64,000 nt of DNA from Eledone cirrhosa (Eukaryota): NCBI GenBank assembly GCA_964016885.1, contig OZ024747.1:41354001-41418000 (forward strand). The letters are read 5' to 3'. Shown here piece by piece: positions 52,705-64,000 of the stretch. The notes beneath the pieces are model-generated. The model was given only the letters and a program-made list of their open reading frames with translations. It had not been told where the DNA came from and ran no database searches. Position 1 is the first letter of the stretch, and every line of letters starts with the position of its first letter. A program made the position numbers and the translations under genes.

Positions 52705-55700
52705 CTGATATAGAGAGAAGGCCCATTCACTCGGGCCATTCTCGCTACTTTCACCCATCTTTCATAAAACTTGCTGGGGTAGAGCACCTCTCTCTCCATT
52801 CTGATCCTTCTTCTAAAGTGGTACTTGAAAAAAAAAGACCAGTTGTTGGCCGGAGAGATAGGTGTCTGACCTCAGCCCTTTCAACCTTGTCCACCATACA
52901 ACTTCTTTCGCCATGGCTATCACACAGAGGAAAACCGCCTCTCCTTCGTTTTTGAAAGAGGGAGGCGGTTTGATTGTGACAATGTTCTCGGTGGTCAACC
53001 GGATTGGTCCCACCCGCAACAGTAGTCGTTCTACATAGCCCCACAGGTCAGCAACGCCCGGGCAGTGTACGAATGCGTGTGAGACGGTTTCCTCGTCACG
53101 CACGCATCTTGGACAGATCTTCTTCGAGGGGTCCCTACCCGGACGCCCGTGTCTGTAGAGCTTGTCCCGAACGGGTAGAGCTCCTCGGTAACATTGCCAA
53201 GCCAGGGACTTTTGGAAGTTGTCCATCGGTCCCGGGCCAAACGTCCTACCGAACAGACAGGCCAGCTCGTCTTCCTCCATGCCCAGATCCTCTCCGAGAG
53301 CGTCGTCGCACTTACTGCGCACCAACCCTCTATAGAATGTTGAGGTTGAGTCTCCACTGATTGTCGGATCCGCTTGCCAGAGGGCCGTGAGCGCCTGGGC
53401 ACATTCAATGTGCCAGTCGCCCACTTTTCTCGGTCTTTTCTTGACCCAAGATTGCAGCTCGGTGAGTGAGACGAGTCTCGGAAAGGCTCGCCTCACAAAC
53501 AGGACCCACACCGGCTGACCGGTGAGGAATACCTGGAGGTGCCGTAGCCTTAATGCGTGTCTACGCATCGTCAGCCACGGCATCCCCAGCCCTCCGTTCG
53601 AAGGGTGTTGACAGCAGATGGATCTTCTCACCAAAGGAGCCCGCTTCTTCCAAAGAAATCGGAAGAGCACGCGCTCCATTTTGGCGAGTGTTTTCTCTGG
53701 GCAAGGCACGACGGTCAAGCGGTAGTAGATGACGGACACTATATAAGCGTTCGCCACCTCCGCTCGACCTTTCAGGGATAGTTTGCACTCGGCCCACTTC
53801 TGGGCGAGTGCAAACACCTTGCCCGTTACCTCGTCCCAGTTTTTCTCCACCTGGAGGTCCGGTCCGAACCAGACCCCGAGCAGCTTCACCGGTCCCTCCG
53901 TCCAGCGTCCGACGATGCCGTCGGAGGGCATCGTTTTGCCCCTCCACGTCCCGAGTTGCAAACCGACGGACTTGTCCCGGTTCAGCTTGGCTCCTGTGAA
54001 CCTTTCATATTCCTCCAGTAAGGTGCCGATCTGCCCGATTTCCGAGGCGCACGACACCATTACTGTCACGTCATCGGCGTAGGCCGACACCGCTTTCCGC
54101 AATCCCGGTTCCAAGGGGATGCCCTGCAACAGCTCCAGCTTCCTCAGTAGTGGATCGAGAGCCAGCACATACAGGAGGGAGGAGAGAGGGCATCCCTGTC
54201 GAATGGATCGCGTGATTTGGAACGGCTCCGAGAGGTAGCCGTTCCCCTTGACCCTCGAGCAGGTGTTGCTGCTGTGCATTGCAGCAATCCAGCCCCTGAA
54301 AACGGGTCCGAAGCCTGCCGCCGCGAGCACCGCATCCAGGTACCGATGGTCAACCCTATCGAACGCTTTAGATTGATCCAAGATGATCAGGGCCCCACCA
54401 AAGCCGGGTTCGTTCCCTACCCTCTCTACGATGTACCGCATGAGGTGGAGGTTGTCGTGTATGGACCTGGACGGGATTGCGCATGTCTGCGCTTCTCCCA
54501 CCAGGTTCCCGACGACAAGCGCCAACCTCTTCGCTAACACCTTGGCCAAAATCTTTAACTCTGTGTTTAGCAGAGTTATGGGCCTGAAGTTATCTATGTC
54601 ATCCCCCTTGTTCTCGTCCTTCCTCACCAGCGTGACTACGCCCTTGGTCACAGAACTGGGAATTCTGCCGTTCTGTTGCCAGTTGCAGTAGACCGCCTCG
54701 AGGAGACCGGAGAACAAGCCCGGCATCGCTACATAAAGTTCGTATGGTAGACCATCGAGACCCGGAGATTTGCGTTTGCCGCATTGGCTCAGCGCTTCCC
54801 CTATTTCAGCGGCTGAAATCGGCCTCTCGCAGGACTTCGCCTCCCCGTCCGAGAGCCGCGCCAGACCGTCGAGGTATGGACCGAAATCCATGGCCCCACC
54901 CGGCCCGCCGCCCCTCCCGAACAGTCGTGCAAAGCGCCGTTGAAAGGCCGCGCTCATCCGCGTTCAAGGATCACGCGTCCATCCTGGTCCTTCAAAGACC
55001 GAATCATGGACTTGTTTCCACTTTTTGCCTCTGTCACTCGGGCCCAGCTAACAGCTTTGGCTCCCTCGTTACCCAGAGCAGGTATTTTACTCCTGACAAC
55101 GCAGCCCTCGTGCTTCGCATCAAAGAACTGGTCTAGGGCCGTTCTTGACGCCAGCACGCCGGCCACGTCACCACTCCTAATCGCCTCTTCTACTCTATTT
55201 GTTAATTCCCTTTCAGTTCTATTCCTATCTGATGCTAATTCCCGACTAAAACCTATCGATTCTATTCTAATTTCTCTCTTGAGAGAGCCCACCACCTGTT
55301 GTTGACAATTGCCCCTGTCAAACGCTGCTAAACTAGTGTACTAATCCGCTTACTGTATGCTTTGTTTGTCGGTACAGACAAGTTTAGCTTCCAGTAACCG
55401 GGTCCCTGTCTATGAGTTCTATCAAGGTTGACCACTCCGGTCAACAACTTGTGATCCGAATAGTCAACCATGAACATTCGTGGACAGCTTAATATGTCTC
55501 TATCCTTATTTCTAACTAGGAACCTATCTAGGTACGACCTGGATGTTCCGCTGAGATTACTCCACGTCCATCGTGGCACAGTCGGAAAATCCAGTCGATA
55601 TCTATCGGCCAGATCAAATCGGCCGATTAATCGTTTGAGGCTGTTACACCCCCCTCTATCGGGACATGCCCCTACATAGTCCCAACGTGCATCCAGGATA

Positions 55701-56131
55701 CCATTCCAGTCCCCCACTAAAAGCAAGGAGCGAGACGTTCCCAGGAAATTCTCCAGGCGTCGGAAGAAGTCCGGTTGCGGTGTCCCAGATGGGGCATACG
55801 CTGCCACCAGCCTGAAAGCTCCACCTTCACCACTGCCGACGTCTAAAACCACCAGTCGACCCTCCGGGTCCAGGTGTACCTTCTGTGTGGTAAGACCCAG
55901 GTATTTTCGCAGCAGAACGACAACCCCACCCCCACCCCTCGGCTGACAGAGAGATGCGTAGATCTCAAAGTCGTCGAAGATGGGGGCCAGTTGGCGCTCG
56001 CTGCTGATCCTGGACTCGCAAATAACCATTACATCCACTCTGTGCGACCTGAGGTCATTTAAGAGTTTGCCCTGTTTCCAGGACATCCCCAAGCCGCGTG
56101 CATTCACACATCCAACTCTTATATTGGCCAT
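52705..56131 (-). pseudogene. LINE ORF2 (APE, RT), broken by a stop and frameshifts
   Basis: ORF pieces 55328-56131 (GDWN, SDH), 54954-55295 and 52813-54957 (SPGLDG, YADD). Confidence 0.92.
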
Positions 56132-56173
56132 GTTGGTGCTGAAGAGGTAAAAAAGAAGAGGAAAGGAAATTAC

Positions 56174-57984
56174 TTACCTCTTCGTCTCCTGGGGACCAGG
56201 CTGCACAATTTCCATGGGGGTGTTGGAAGGGTTGTTTGGTGGGGTGGTGGTTGGTGGTGGGGTGAGGACATCAGTGTGTGGTGGGATTAGGGTGTTTGGT
56301 GGGGTGTGGGTGTCTGGTGTGGGGGTGGGGAAACATCTCAATAGGACGCTGTTATGTGGTTTGGTGCAGTTGGTCCCCACATGCATTGGATGGTTCTTTT
56401 TCAAAGTTACATAGGTTTCCGTTGGGACCTTAATCATCATTAGGTGCGGTTTGTTCGCTGCGTAAGTGAAAGTGATCCCTTCGGTGGAAACCGAAGGGTT
56501 ATTTTCTATCGCTTTCATCAACGTTTTATTGTTCTTGTTAATGTATGTATAGAGTTTTTGTTGTGTTGTGTTTGTTTTGGTTTGTTGTTCTTGCGGGTGT
56601 TTGCGTTTTATAGTACGTGTTATGTTTTGAGGAGGGGTGGGGTTTTTTTATTTGTGATGTTTGTTCTGTTTGTGCTGGTGGTTGTGTATTTGTGGCATTT
56701 TTGTTAATGTGGTGCCTTTTTTTTTTCCTTTTCACCTGTTGAAAGGGTTCTCCCTCGTCGTCACTGGGTGACGTTGATACGGAGTCCTCTTCCGTGTTGT
56801 TGGGGAGGGGTATATTTTGGGGTTTTGTTGTGGTTGCTTTTGTATTTGTTTTAGGTGGGGAGGGGTTGGGTGGAACAGTGTTTTGTGTTGTTATTTTTCC
56901 GTGTTGTTGTGGTGGTGGTGGTGGTGGTGGTGGTGGTGGTGGTGGTTGTGTTGTTGTGTTCGGGGTTGGCAGAAGAGCCTTTTTTTTTACTCGTTAATTG
57001 AGGACAGGCAGCCCTCAGGTGACCCCTGCTTAAGCAGTGGTAACATGACGGCCGCCTTCCCTCCACTGAAATGTTTATATAAGTTAGCCCGTCCAGAGGC
57101 ACGCGTTGTGGGATATTCGCTATTCGTTCTGGGCTCATTTGCACCAGAACTTCTACGCTGGTCCCACCAAATACACCTCCGGATGACTTTCCTATTGAAA
57201 TTATCTTGTCTTCATCAAAGTCAATGATTCCACATAGTATCCACCAAATATTTACATTTGGTGTGATACTCATTATTTTTATTCTTTGTGTCCTTTTCCC
57301 CCTGTATGTGGGGAAAAAGGTGAAGCGAGGGGACACAATGGATGATACCGAGTACTTTTGTGCTGTTGACTGGTTGTTCATTAGCACCGAAATGCTACCA
57401 AACAGTTTACCTTTTTGTATGAAGGTTTTGTCCTTCATTGCATCTTTTAGAACCAGCTCAATTTCATTTTGTGATAATTGAGCTGGTTTTCTTGTTTCGT
57501 TCGATATTGTCCTGAAAACCTCAGTTTTCAGGACAGCCTCTCTACGTAATTCCTGTGAAGAATTGATGCTAAAAGCACCGGTTTCGCCAAAAGTCACGAA
57601 TTGTTTTGCGTCTTGTAATAGTTGTTTAGCATTTGTTATGTCTATTGGCGTGTATAGTTCGTTTGTTTTTACAGTCTGTGCGAATGTTGTTTTGGTGTTG
57701 TTGTCTTTTTTGTTGCTGCTGTTGTTGTCACTGTTGGTAATATTGTTCATGTTTTCCTTGGTGTTGCTATTGGTGCAGGTGTTGGTTGTGGTGTTATTGT
57801 CATTGTTCTTGTTGTTGGTGCTGGTATTATTTACCGGGTTTGGTTTCGTGGTTTCAATATTTTCAACGTTTTTCGATAATGCGAGGGGGGAAGGCTGCAA
57901 GCTTTGTACTCCTACCTTCCCTCCACCACTTTTCTTAGTGGGCGTGGCACTCACAACAGTGTGCGAGGTGAAAATGGCATCCAT
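56174..57984 (-). pseudogene. LINE ORF1 with CCHC zinc knuckle, frameshifted
   Basis: CYHCLSRGHLRAAC. Confidence 0.82.
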
Positions 57985-58168
57985 TGCTGACTACCAAGTT
58001 TACACAGTTTTGAGATGAAAATGAAAATTTCGCCCCAGAAATTTCAACGTCAGAAGGCCCATGCAAGGGGTTAAACTAAACAATGCTATTAAATTGAGCA
58101 ATGAACTCACAGTTTTTTTTACAATAATCCGTAAAAATCCGGAGCGAAGTAATTCACATCTATATCAA

Positions 58169-59740
58169 GTGGTAATTGATATAGAGGGGGGATTAGAAGA
58201 GAGTACCGTGTAGTAGATATAGAGAGGGGGAGAGTTTGGTGCTAATTGATATAGAGGGGAAATTGGGAGTGTGTTGTATGGTTGATGTAGAGAGGGGGGA
58301 GTTTGGTGGTAATGAATAGAGTGAGAGGATTGATAGAGATAGGTATTGATAGATATAGAGAGGGGGAAGGTTTGTTAGTGATGCATTGAGTGAGCGAGGA
58401 TGAGAGAGTGTTGTATGGTAGATATAGAGAAGAGGGTAGTTTAGTGGTAATTGATATAGAGAGGAAGGTTGGGAGATATAGAGAGGAGGAGTGATTGATG
58501 TTTATTGATATAGAGAGGGGTATTGGACGAGAGTTCCGTGTAGTAGATATAGAGAGGGGTAGAGTTTGGTGCTAATTGATATAGAGGGGGAATGGTAGAA
58601 AATACGGTGTAGTAGATATAGAGAGGGGGTAGTTTGGTGTTACTTGATATAGAGAGTGGGATTGGGAGAGTATGTTGTATGGTTGATGTGGAGAGGGGGA
58701 GAGTTTGGTGATAATGAATAGAGTGAGAGGATTGATAGAGATAGGTATTGATAAATATAGAGAGGGGAGGGTTTGTTAGTGATGGATAGAGTGAGAGAGT
58801 ATGTGAGAGAGTGTTGTATGGTAGATGTAATTTGGTGGTAATTGATATAGAGAGGGGTTTGAGAGAATGTGTTGTATACTAGATAAAGAGAGGGGAAGAG
58901 ATTGATGTTTATTGATACTAGCAGAAAAACCACCCTTGGGGTGGTTTTCTGCTAGCATGTGTAGTGTGTATATTGATATTATACGCAAGTGTATATGCAT
59001 GTAGATATGATACATCAAATAAAATCGTAATTGACAATATACATAGAAATTGAACGAAACCAGTAACGTAACCCATGATACATTAAAGAAGACGATATTA
59101 TATATAAACTGCATTAGGAGAAAATTAATATGTTTATTTAAGCGATCACCACCAGAAGTGTTGACATTTAAAAATTTTAAAGAAGTGAATCTTTAAATAA
59201 GTAATAAAATATATTTAATGAACAGCCACGAAATTTAGTAGATAAATTATTTAATATTCATTCATTATTTATTCGAAGTAATCCAACTTATTTTACTAAT
59301 GGGATAACAAATTATAAACCGTACGCAGTCCCGCGCTTCTTACTTTATTATAGTTTAGATAGAGAGAGGATTGGAAAAGAGTTCCATGTATTAAATATAG
59401 AAAAGGGCAGAGCTTGGTGTTAATTGATATAGAGAGAGAGATTGGAAAAGAGTACCGTGTAGTGGATATAGAGAGGGGGTGAATTTGGTGGTTGTACATA
59501 TACAGAGAGGGATAATGGGTGTAGTAGATATAACGAGGAGGAGAGTTTAGGGGTGATTATTATACAGAGGGGGATTGGCAGTGATAAGTGTTGATATTTA
59601 TAGACAGTGAGAGAGTGTATTAGTCTTAGATATAGTGAGTGGGATAAAAGATGGGTAGAGTTTGGTTTTAGTAGATACAGAGAGGGGGTTTAAAAGAGAG
59701 TTTTGAGTGATAGACATAGAGAGGAGGAGAGTTTGGTGGT
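58169..59740. repeat. Degenerate purine-rich minisatellite (gatatagagagggg core) interrupted by unique sequence at about 58915-59345
   Basis: Recurrent ..ttgatatagagagggg..gagtttggtg units; also present at 52420-52457, left of LINE copy 4. Confidence 0.8.
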
Positions 59741-59741
59741 A

Positions 59742-60067
59742 CTCTCGGGTCCCAAATAATAGGAAGGGGTGGCAATAATGGGGGGACTTGAGAAATCAGT
59801 AATTGTATAGGGTACGTTCGTAAATATGGGATTTCTTATAATGTTCTTTTTTTTGTCAAATATAATGTTTTTTAATGTAAAATGAAATTATTATTAGATT
59901 CTCCAGTTGCTGTATCAAAAAGAATCACTTACAATAAAATAATTTCGCCGGAGATAGATTAGCAAAATTTAATAAGCGGGTGCTGGGTGGGGTGGAATAA
60001 AATCCGGGGGGGGGGGTCTGACAAATTAATAAATGAGGGGTGAGGATGATTATTCAAGACCTGAGAG
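59742..60067. mobile_element. TA-flanked MITE (Tc1/mariner type)
   Basis: ta|ctctcgggtcccaaataat ... attattcaagacctgagag|ta. Confidence 0.7.
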
Positions 60068-60734
60068 TACATGAATTATTGACGGACGTAAGAATGAAAA
60101 CTCAATACCGAATTAGAGTTTAAATATTCATTTATTATGGCTAAGCCTTGTTATGTTGGAAAGGGCACAGAGAATAGTTTGTTTTTAATTATATATATAT
60201 ATACAGTGGCAGCGGAACTGGGGAGGGGGATATGCCCCCTCCTCCAATAATTATATATTCTCCCCAAACTACCACTATTTGGATATGCGCTGCAATTTAT
60301 ATACATGTTACGTTTATCGCGTATCGAAGTTTTCTGACCATTTTAGAGTAAAAAGAGCTAAACTAATCACTACAATTAAATTGTCCAAATTTGCTAGTAA
60401 TGTTAACTTGGTGCACTACAGCTCTTTTCCGAAAGCTTTTTACAAGCACACTGAACTATACTTCACCACCTAAGTTTTCTTCCACAGTATCTCTCTGTTG
60501 ACAACATCACTCCCTTCAATGCTGCGTGTGCTAAACACACGAGTTCGTGTCAAGAGATATATTTTATACATGGACAGAAAATATATATTTAATACATGGA
60601 CATGTTTACCTTAATATGTATGATATGGTTATATTTTCAAGTGTTTTTCCATTGTTTACATCGTAATATTTCATTATGAGATTTCACTAAACATGTTTAT
60701 CGAGCTCTCCGATAAGATACTTTGTACGAATATA

Positions 60735-60771
<37 letters not shown>

Positions 60772-60775
<4 letters not shown>

Positions 60776-62060
60776 CGTTTCTGAATTTGTTTAGCAAGAT
60801 TCTTTATCTGAAAACGTGTGTTGAAACCGATATTGTTATACTTTGGGAGGGTCATGTTGCCAATAAGAAACACACGCACCAGTTCTTTCACTTCAATTTA
60901 TTATAATAAATTTATAAATTTAGGAATTTATAAATTTCTGGTTGGTTGGTTGGTTGGTTCCACAACCAGATGATTGTTTATATATTGTCAAGGTTCTTTC
61001 GTCACACATTCTGTGACCTCTTCAGTGACTGGGGATTCTTTTCTTTGTTTTTGTGCCTCTCCTTTGTTCTGTCCTACGCCATCTTGTTTTTGTGTGTGTG
61101 TTGCATGCTTAGTTTGCGCATGTGTTACATCCGGGTGTCTGTGTGTGTTTATATTCGTTTATTTATTTGTTTATTTACATGTTACTGGTTGGTTGTTTGT
61201 TCTATGTGCGTGTGTGTTTTCATTTTGTCCTTAATTGTAAGTTGTGATGTTGCTGTTCCACTCATGTTTTCTATTTAATTTTGGTTGGAGTTCATTTATG
61301 TTTATTGCTTCTGTGATTTGTCTAAACATTGCGTCTTTTCTGTGTGTAGATTCTATTTTTATTTCTATGTTCTCTAATTTACCCTTATGTTCTATTTTAG
61401 CATGTTGGTGGAGTACAGATGATTCTTTACTATCTTGAAGGTCTCGCCAGTGTTCATTTATCCCTTCCCCTATACTACGAGCTGTCTCACCTATGTACAC
61501 TACATTTTTATCTCTACATTGTCCTTCAGTACATCTTATGCTATATACTACATTTCTAGTTTTACAGTTAATATGGGGGCTTAATTTACAGATTATACAT
61601 TTCTTATCTAATCAGGGAGGTCTTTGAAAAGGGTATGTATTGCTAATAAGTGTTTTTATGGAGGTACCTGGTCTTTCTACTATCTTAATATTGAGTTTAT
61701 GTTTATCTAGGGCCCTTCTAAATGTGTAAGCTAATTCACCTCTAGGGGTTGTATCGATGAACATTACACTCTGGTATTTATTGCTATCATACCATGAGTT
61801 TATTCTATTAGCCTTATTCCTAGTTCTTTCTATTCTATTCCAAAATTTGCTCCTATACAAGGGGCAGGTCCCATTTGTGTCGTTATTTACCATTTTTTCC
61901 CATTTGGTTCTGGCTCCTCTATATACTCTGATTTTATCTCTCTGATTGTAACCAGAAAACTGCATACGGTGGATGAAGTGTTGTATGTGTCTCTCTAGTT
62001 CTTCGGGGCTGCACATGCGGGACACGTTTCTCATCACTCGTACCAAATCCGCAATCAGAA
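60772..62060 (-). mobile_element. PLE-1 copy 2, 5'-truncated (thumb, GIY-YIG, 3' region with degenerate HHR at 60987-61030)
   Basis: High identity to 17173-18470; frameshift near 61610; ends in (TA)n. Confidence 0.92.
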
Positions 62061-62653
62061 ATATTGTAAGCCTTAGCCAGGCTAACAAGATACTGAAAAC
62101 CACCATGTTCTGTTGTCTACGAAAAACAAACATCTCGACAACTACACATTATAAAAGAATGTGCCTCGTCCCGAGTTTACACCAACACCATCAACACCGA
62201 TGTAAGAAGATTACAACTCACCAAAAAGCAAGCAGATAGGCTAAAACGAACACTAATTCTAAACATAAAGAAGAAGATTTATAGAGAATTAAGTCAAGAA
62301 AACACAAGCGTAACCTAATACAAGAAATAACTAAGATCACCACACCAAGAGAAAAATTAATATTTATAAACCTTATATATCCTGAAGAAAAGTACATCGT
62401 TCAAGAATGTGACAAGCACTTTAACAAGAAACTAAAGTGGCTCAAACAGATAAAACTAAATTAAGATACTTTAGAGAATATCAATAGATATCCCGAAAAA
62501 ATTGACGGTATAAATATGGCCGACATCTCATTAACAGATGAATTCAACAACAACAACAACACAAATATATACGGCAACACTACGGTCGACTTTGATAAAT
62601 TATCAGTATTACAACTGCCACCTAAGTATGCCACATTTAATAAGGTAAATATG
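62060..62653 (+). pseudogene. Inverted N-terminal segment of the PLE-1 family ORF
   Basis: Translates ..IYGNTTVDFDKLSVLQLPPKYATFNKVNM, overlapping ATFKKVNM at the truncation point of PLE-1 (20634-20657). Confidence 0.7.
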
Positions 62654-63204
62654 AGGCCAGTTGAAGATTTAAACTCGCGGTGTAAGCATGGATAGCTGGA
62701 CATTATTATTCTTCCTTGTTGATAATCCAATAATATCCACTTTCCGTGACTTACCATCTGATTAATTGGTGAAATATATTTCTTTAATGGAATATATACA
62801 GGCGAGGTTAATCATATATTAAAAGGTATCTATTTATTTGTTACCTAAATTGCTATGCGTGGTTACACGCTTGTAAAAATTATCTCCTGTGATTATTCAT
62901 GTTTATATATGTTAATCAATTTCTAGTTATTATAAAATGCTCGGACCTATCTTTGAGCTTATTTCCGGGCGATATGGCGCACGCCGTTATGGCATGACAC
63001 CCACAATTTCGATTTGGATTAAATTCATTTAATTTATCTTAATTTTGGATATAGATATACAAATACGGCTCCTTAATTGTAGAGCTAATTCTGTTGAAAG
63101 GAATTTGACTGCTGTTTCTAGTTGTCGAATACCTATTCACGCCACTGAGACGAGACTGCTGTCATGTGTAAGAGCAACACGTGGTAGAGGCCAGTTGAAG
63201 ATTT

Positions 63205-63692
63205 AAAATATTGAAAGAGTGAAGAATAACAAGGCCAACAGTACAAAAAAGGGTTTTATTTACAGTCTTAACAATTGTTTCACTGATTAAGTTGTCTAAA
63301 AATTGCTGAACACTTGAAGCCGTGCCACTCAATTATAAATACGTTGTTAACCAGATCATCAGAAGAACTTCTGATGATCCGGTTAAGCTAACAATGCATT
63401 TAAAATTGAGTGGCACGGCTTCAAGTGTTCAGCAATTTTTAGACAACTTAATCAGTGAAACAATTGTTAAGACTGTAAATAAAACCCTTTTTTGTACTGT
63501 TGGCCTTGTTATTCTTCACTCTTTCAATATTTTTACTCCAAGATAAACTTACATAGGAATGCAAGAGAACTCATAAACTCACCACCTACGGAAACCTCTT
63601 GTTGGGTCAAAAAACGCCGTACGCTAAAACTATCTACAATACGAAGTATTCACAACCTCTAACTGGATTACCTATAACGATATTTTGTTATC

Positions 63693-63697
<5 letters not shown>
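63205..63697 (+). mobile_element. Palindromic element (centre 63366-63367) with long-stem HHR in both arms and right extension to (TA)n
   Basis: Arms 63205-63365 and 63368-63533. Confidence 0.8.
63368..63471 (+). ncRNA. Hammerhead motif with extended (~80-nt) stem II
   Basis: ctt CTGATGA t-ccggttaag ... cttaatcag-t GAAA caattg TT aag; mirror copy at 63267-63365 has ctggttaa, a perfect pair. Confidence 0.75.
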
Positions 63698-63741
<44 letters not shown>

Positions 63742-64000
63742 GTATAGGATTATCCTAGATGTAGTAATTGGTAATTACTACACTGGATATGGTTGACGTA
63801 CGGTGAGAGGTTACTCTACGAGTTATGGAAGAATTGTTGAAGAAACTTAGTTCCTGATCCTTCTGTATTCCGGAGTGTATATAAAGAATGAATAATAACA
63901 GGTAGACATCATGAAAAGGTAATTTATTCCGTGTGCTTACAAATGTTTCCACGGTGGTACTACAGCCTAGTTATGCTATGTGCAAATTTACAACTATTTG

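Larger units (their letters stand above)
52458..58161 (-). mobile_element. Full-length L1/Tx1-type LINE copy 4 (disrupted)
   Basis: ORF1 and ORF2; approximate 15-bp TSD gtg(a/g)taattgatata at 52443-52457 and 58169-58183. Confidence 0.92.

Noticed and set aside
58915-58960. Strong hairpin ctagcagaaaaaccaccc-tt-ggggtggttttctgctag resembling a terminator
   Set aside because: Eukaryotic context and no U-tract; probably another small fold-back end, but no ribozyme or family could be assigned
60203-60245. cagtggcagcggaactgggg possible hAT-type TIR
   Set aside because: No matching second TIR or 8-bp TSD found

Overview
AT-rich, microsatellite-dense metazoan DNA. The tRNA-derived SINE families resemble those of Octopus, which is an inference. 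No host protein-coding exon could be supported, and the window is essentially a stack of retroelements. It contains: (i) a Penelope-like element (PLE) with an uninterrupted 997-aa RT plus GIY-YIG ORF (17643-20636, minus strand), truncated relatives, and a second, decayed PLE lineage (20921-23355); (ii) four copies of an L1/Tx1-type LINE inserted at GATA-type sites; (iii) RTE and CRE-type fragments, about 18 SINE copies from at least three families, and two TA-flanked MITEs. The most striking unannotated signal is about 16 hammerhead ribozyme (HHR) motifs of about 10 unrelated sequence families, folded by eye. Most sit in short non-coding fold-back or terminally redundant elements inserted in (TA)n tracts, suggesting a diverse population of PLE-derived or retrozyme-like self-cleaving RNA elements. 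Other oddities are tandem arrays of SINE promoter halves and a possible mini-intron joining LINE ORF1 to ORF2. All RNA structures were derived manually and need computational and experimental confirmation.
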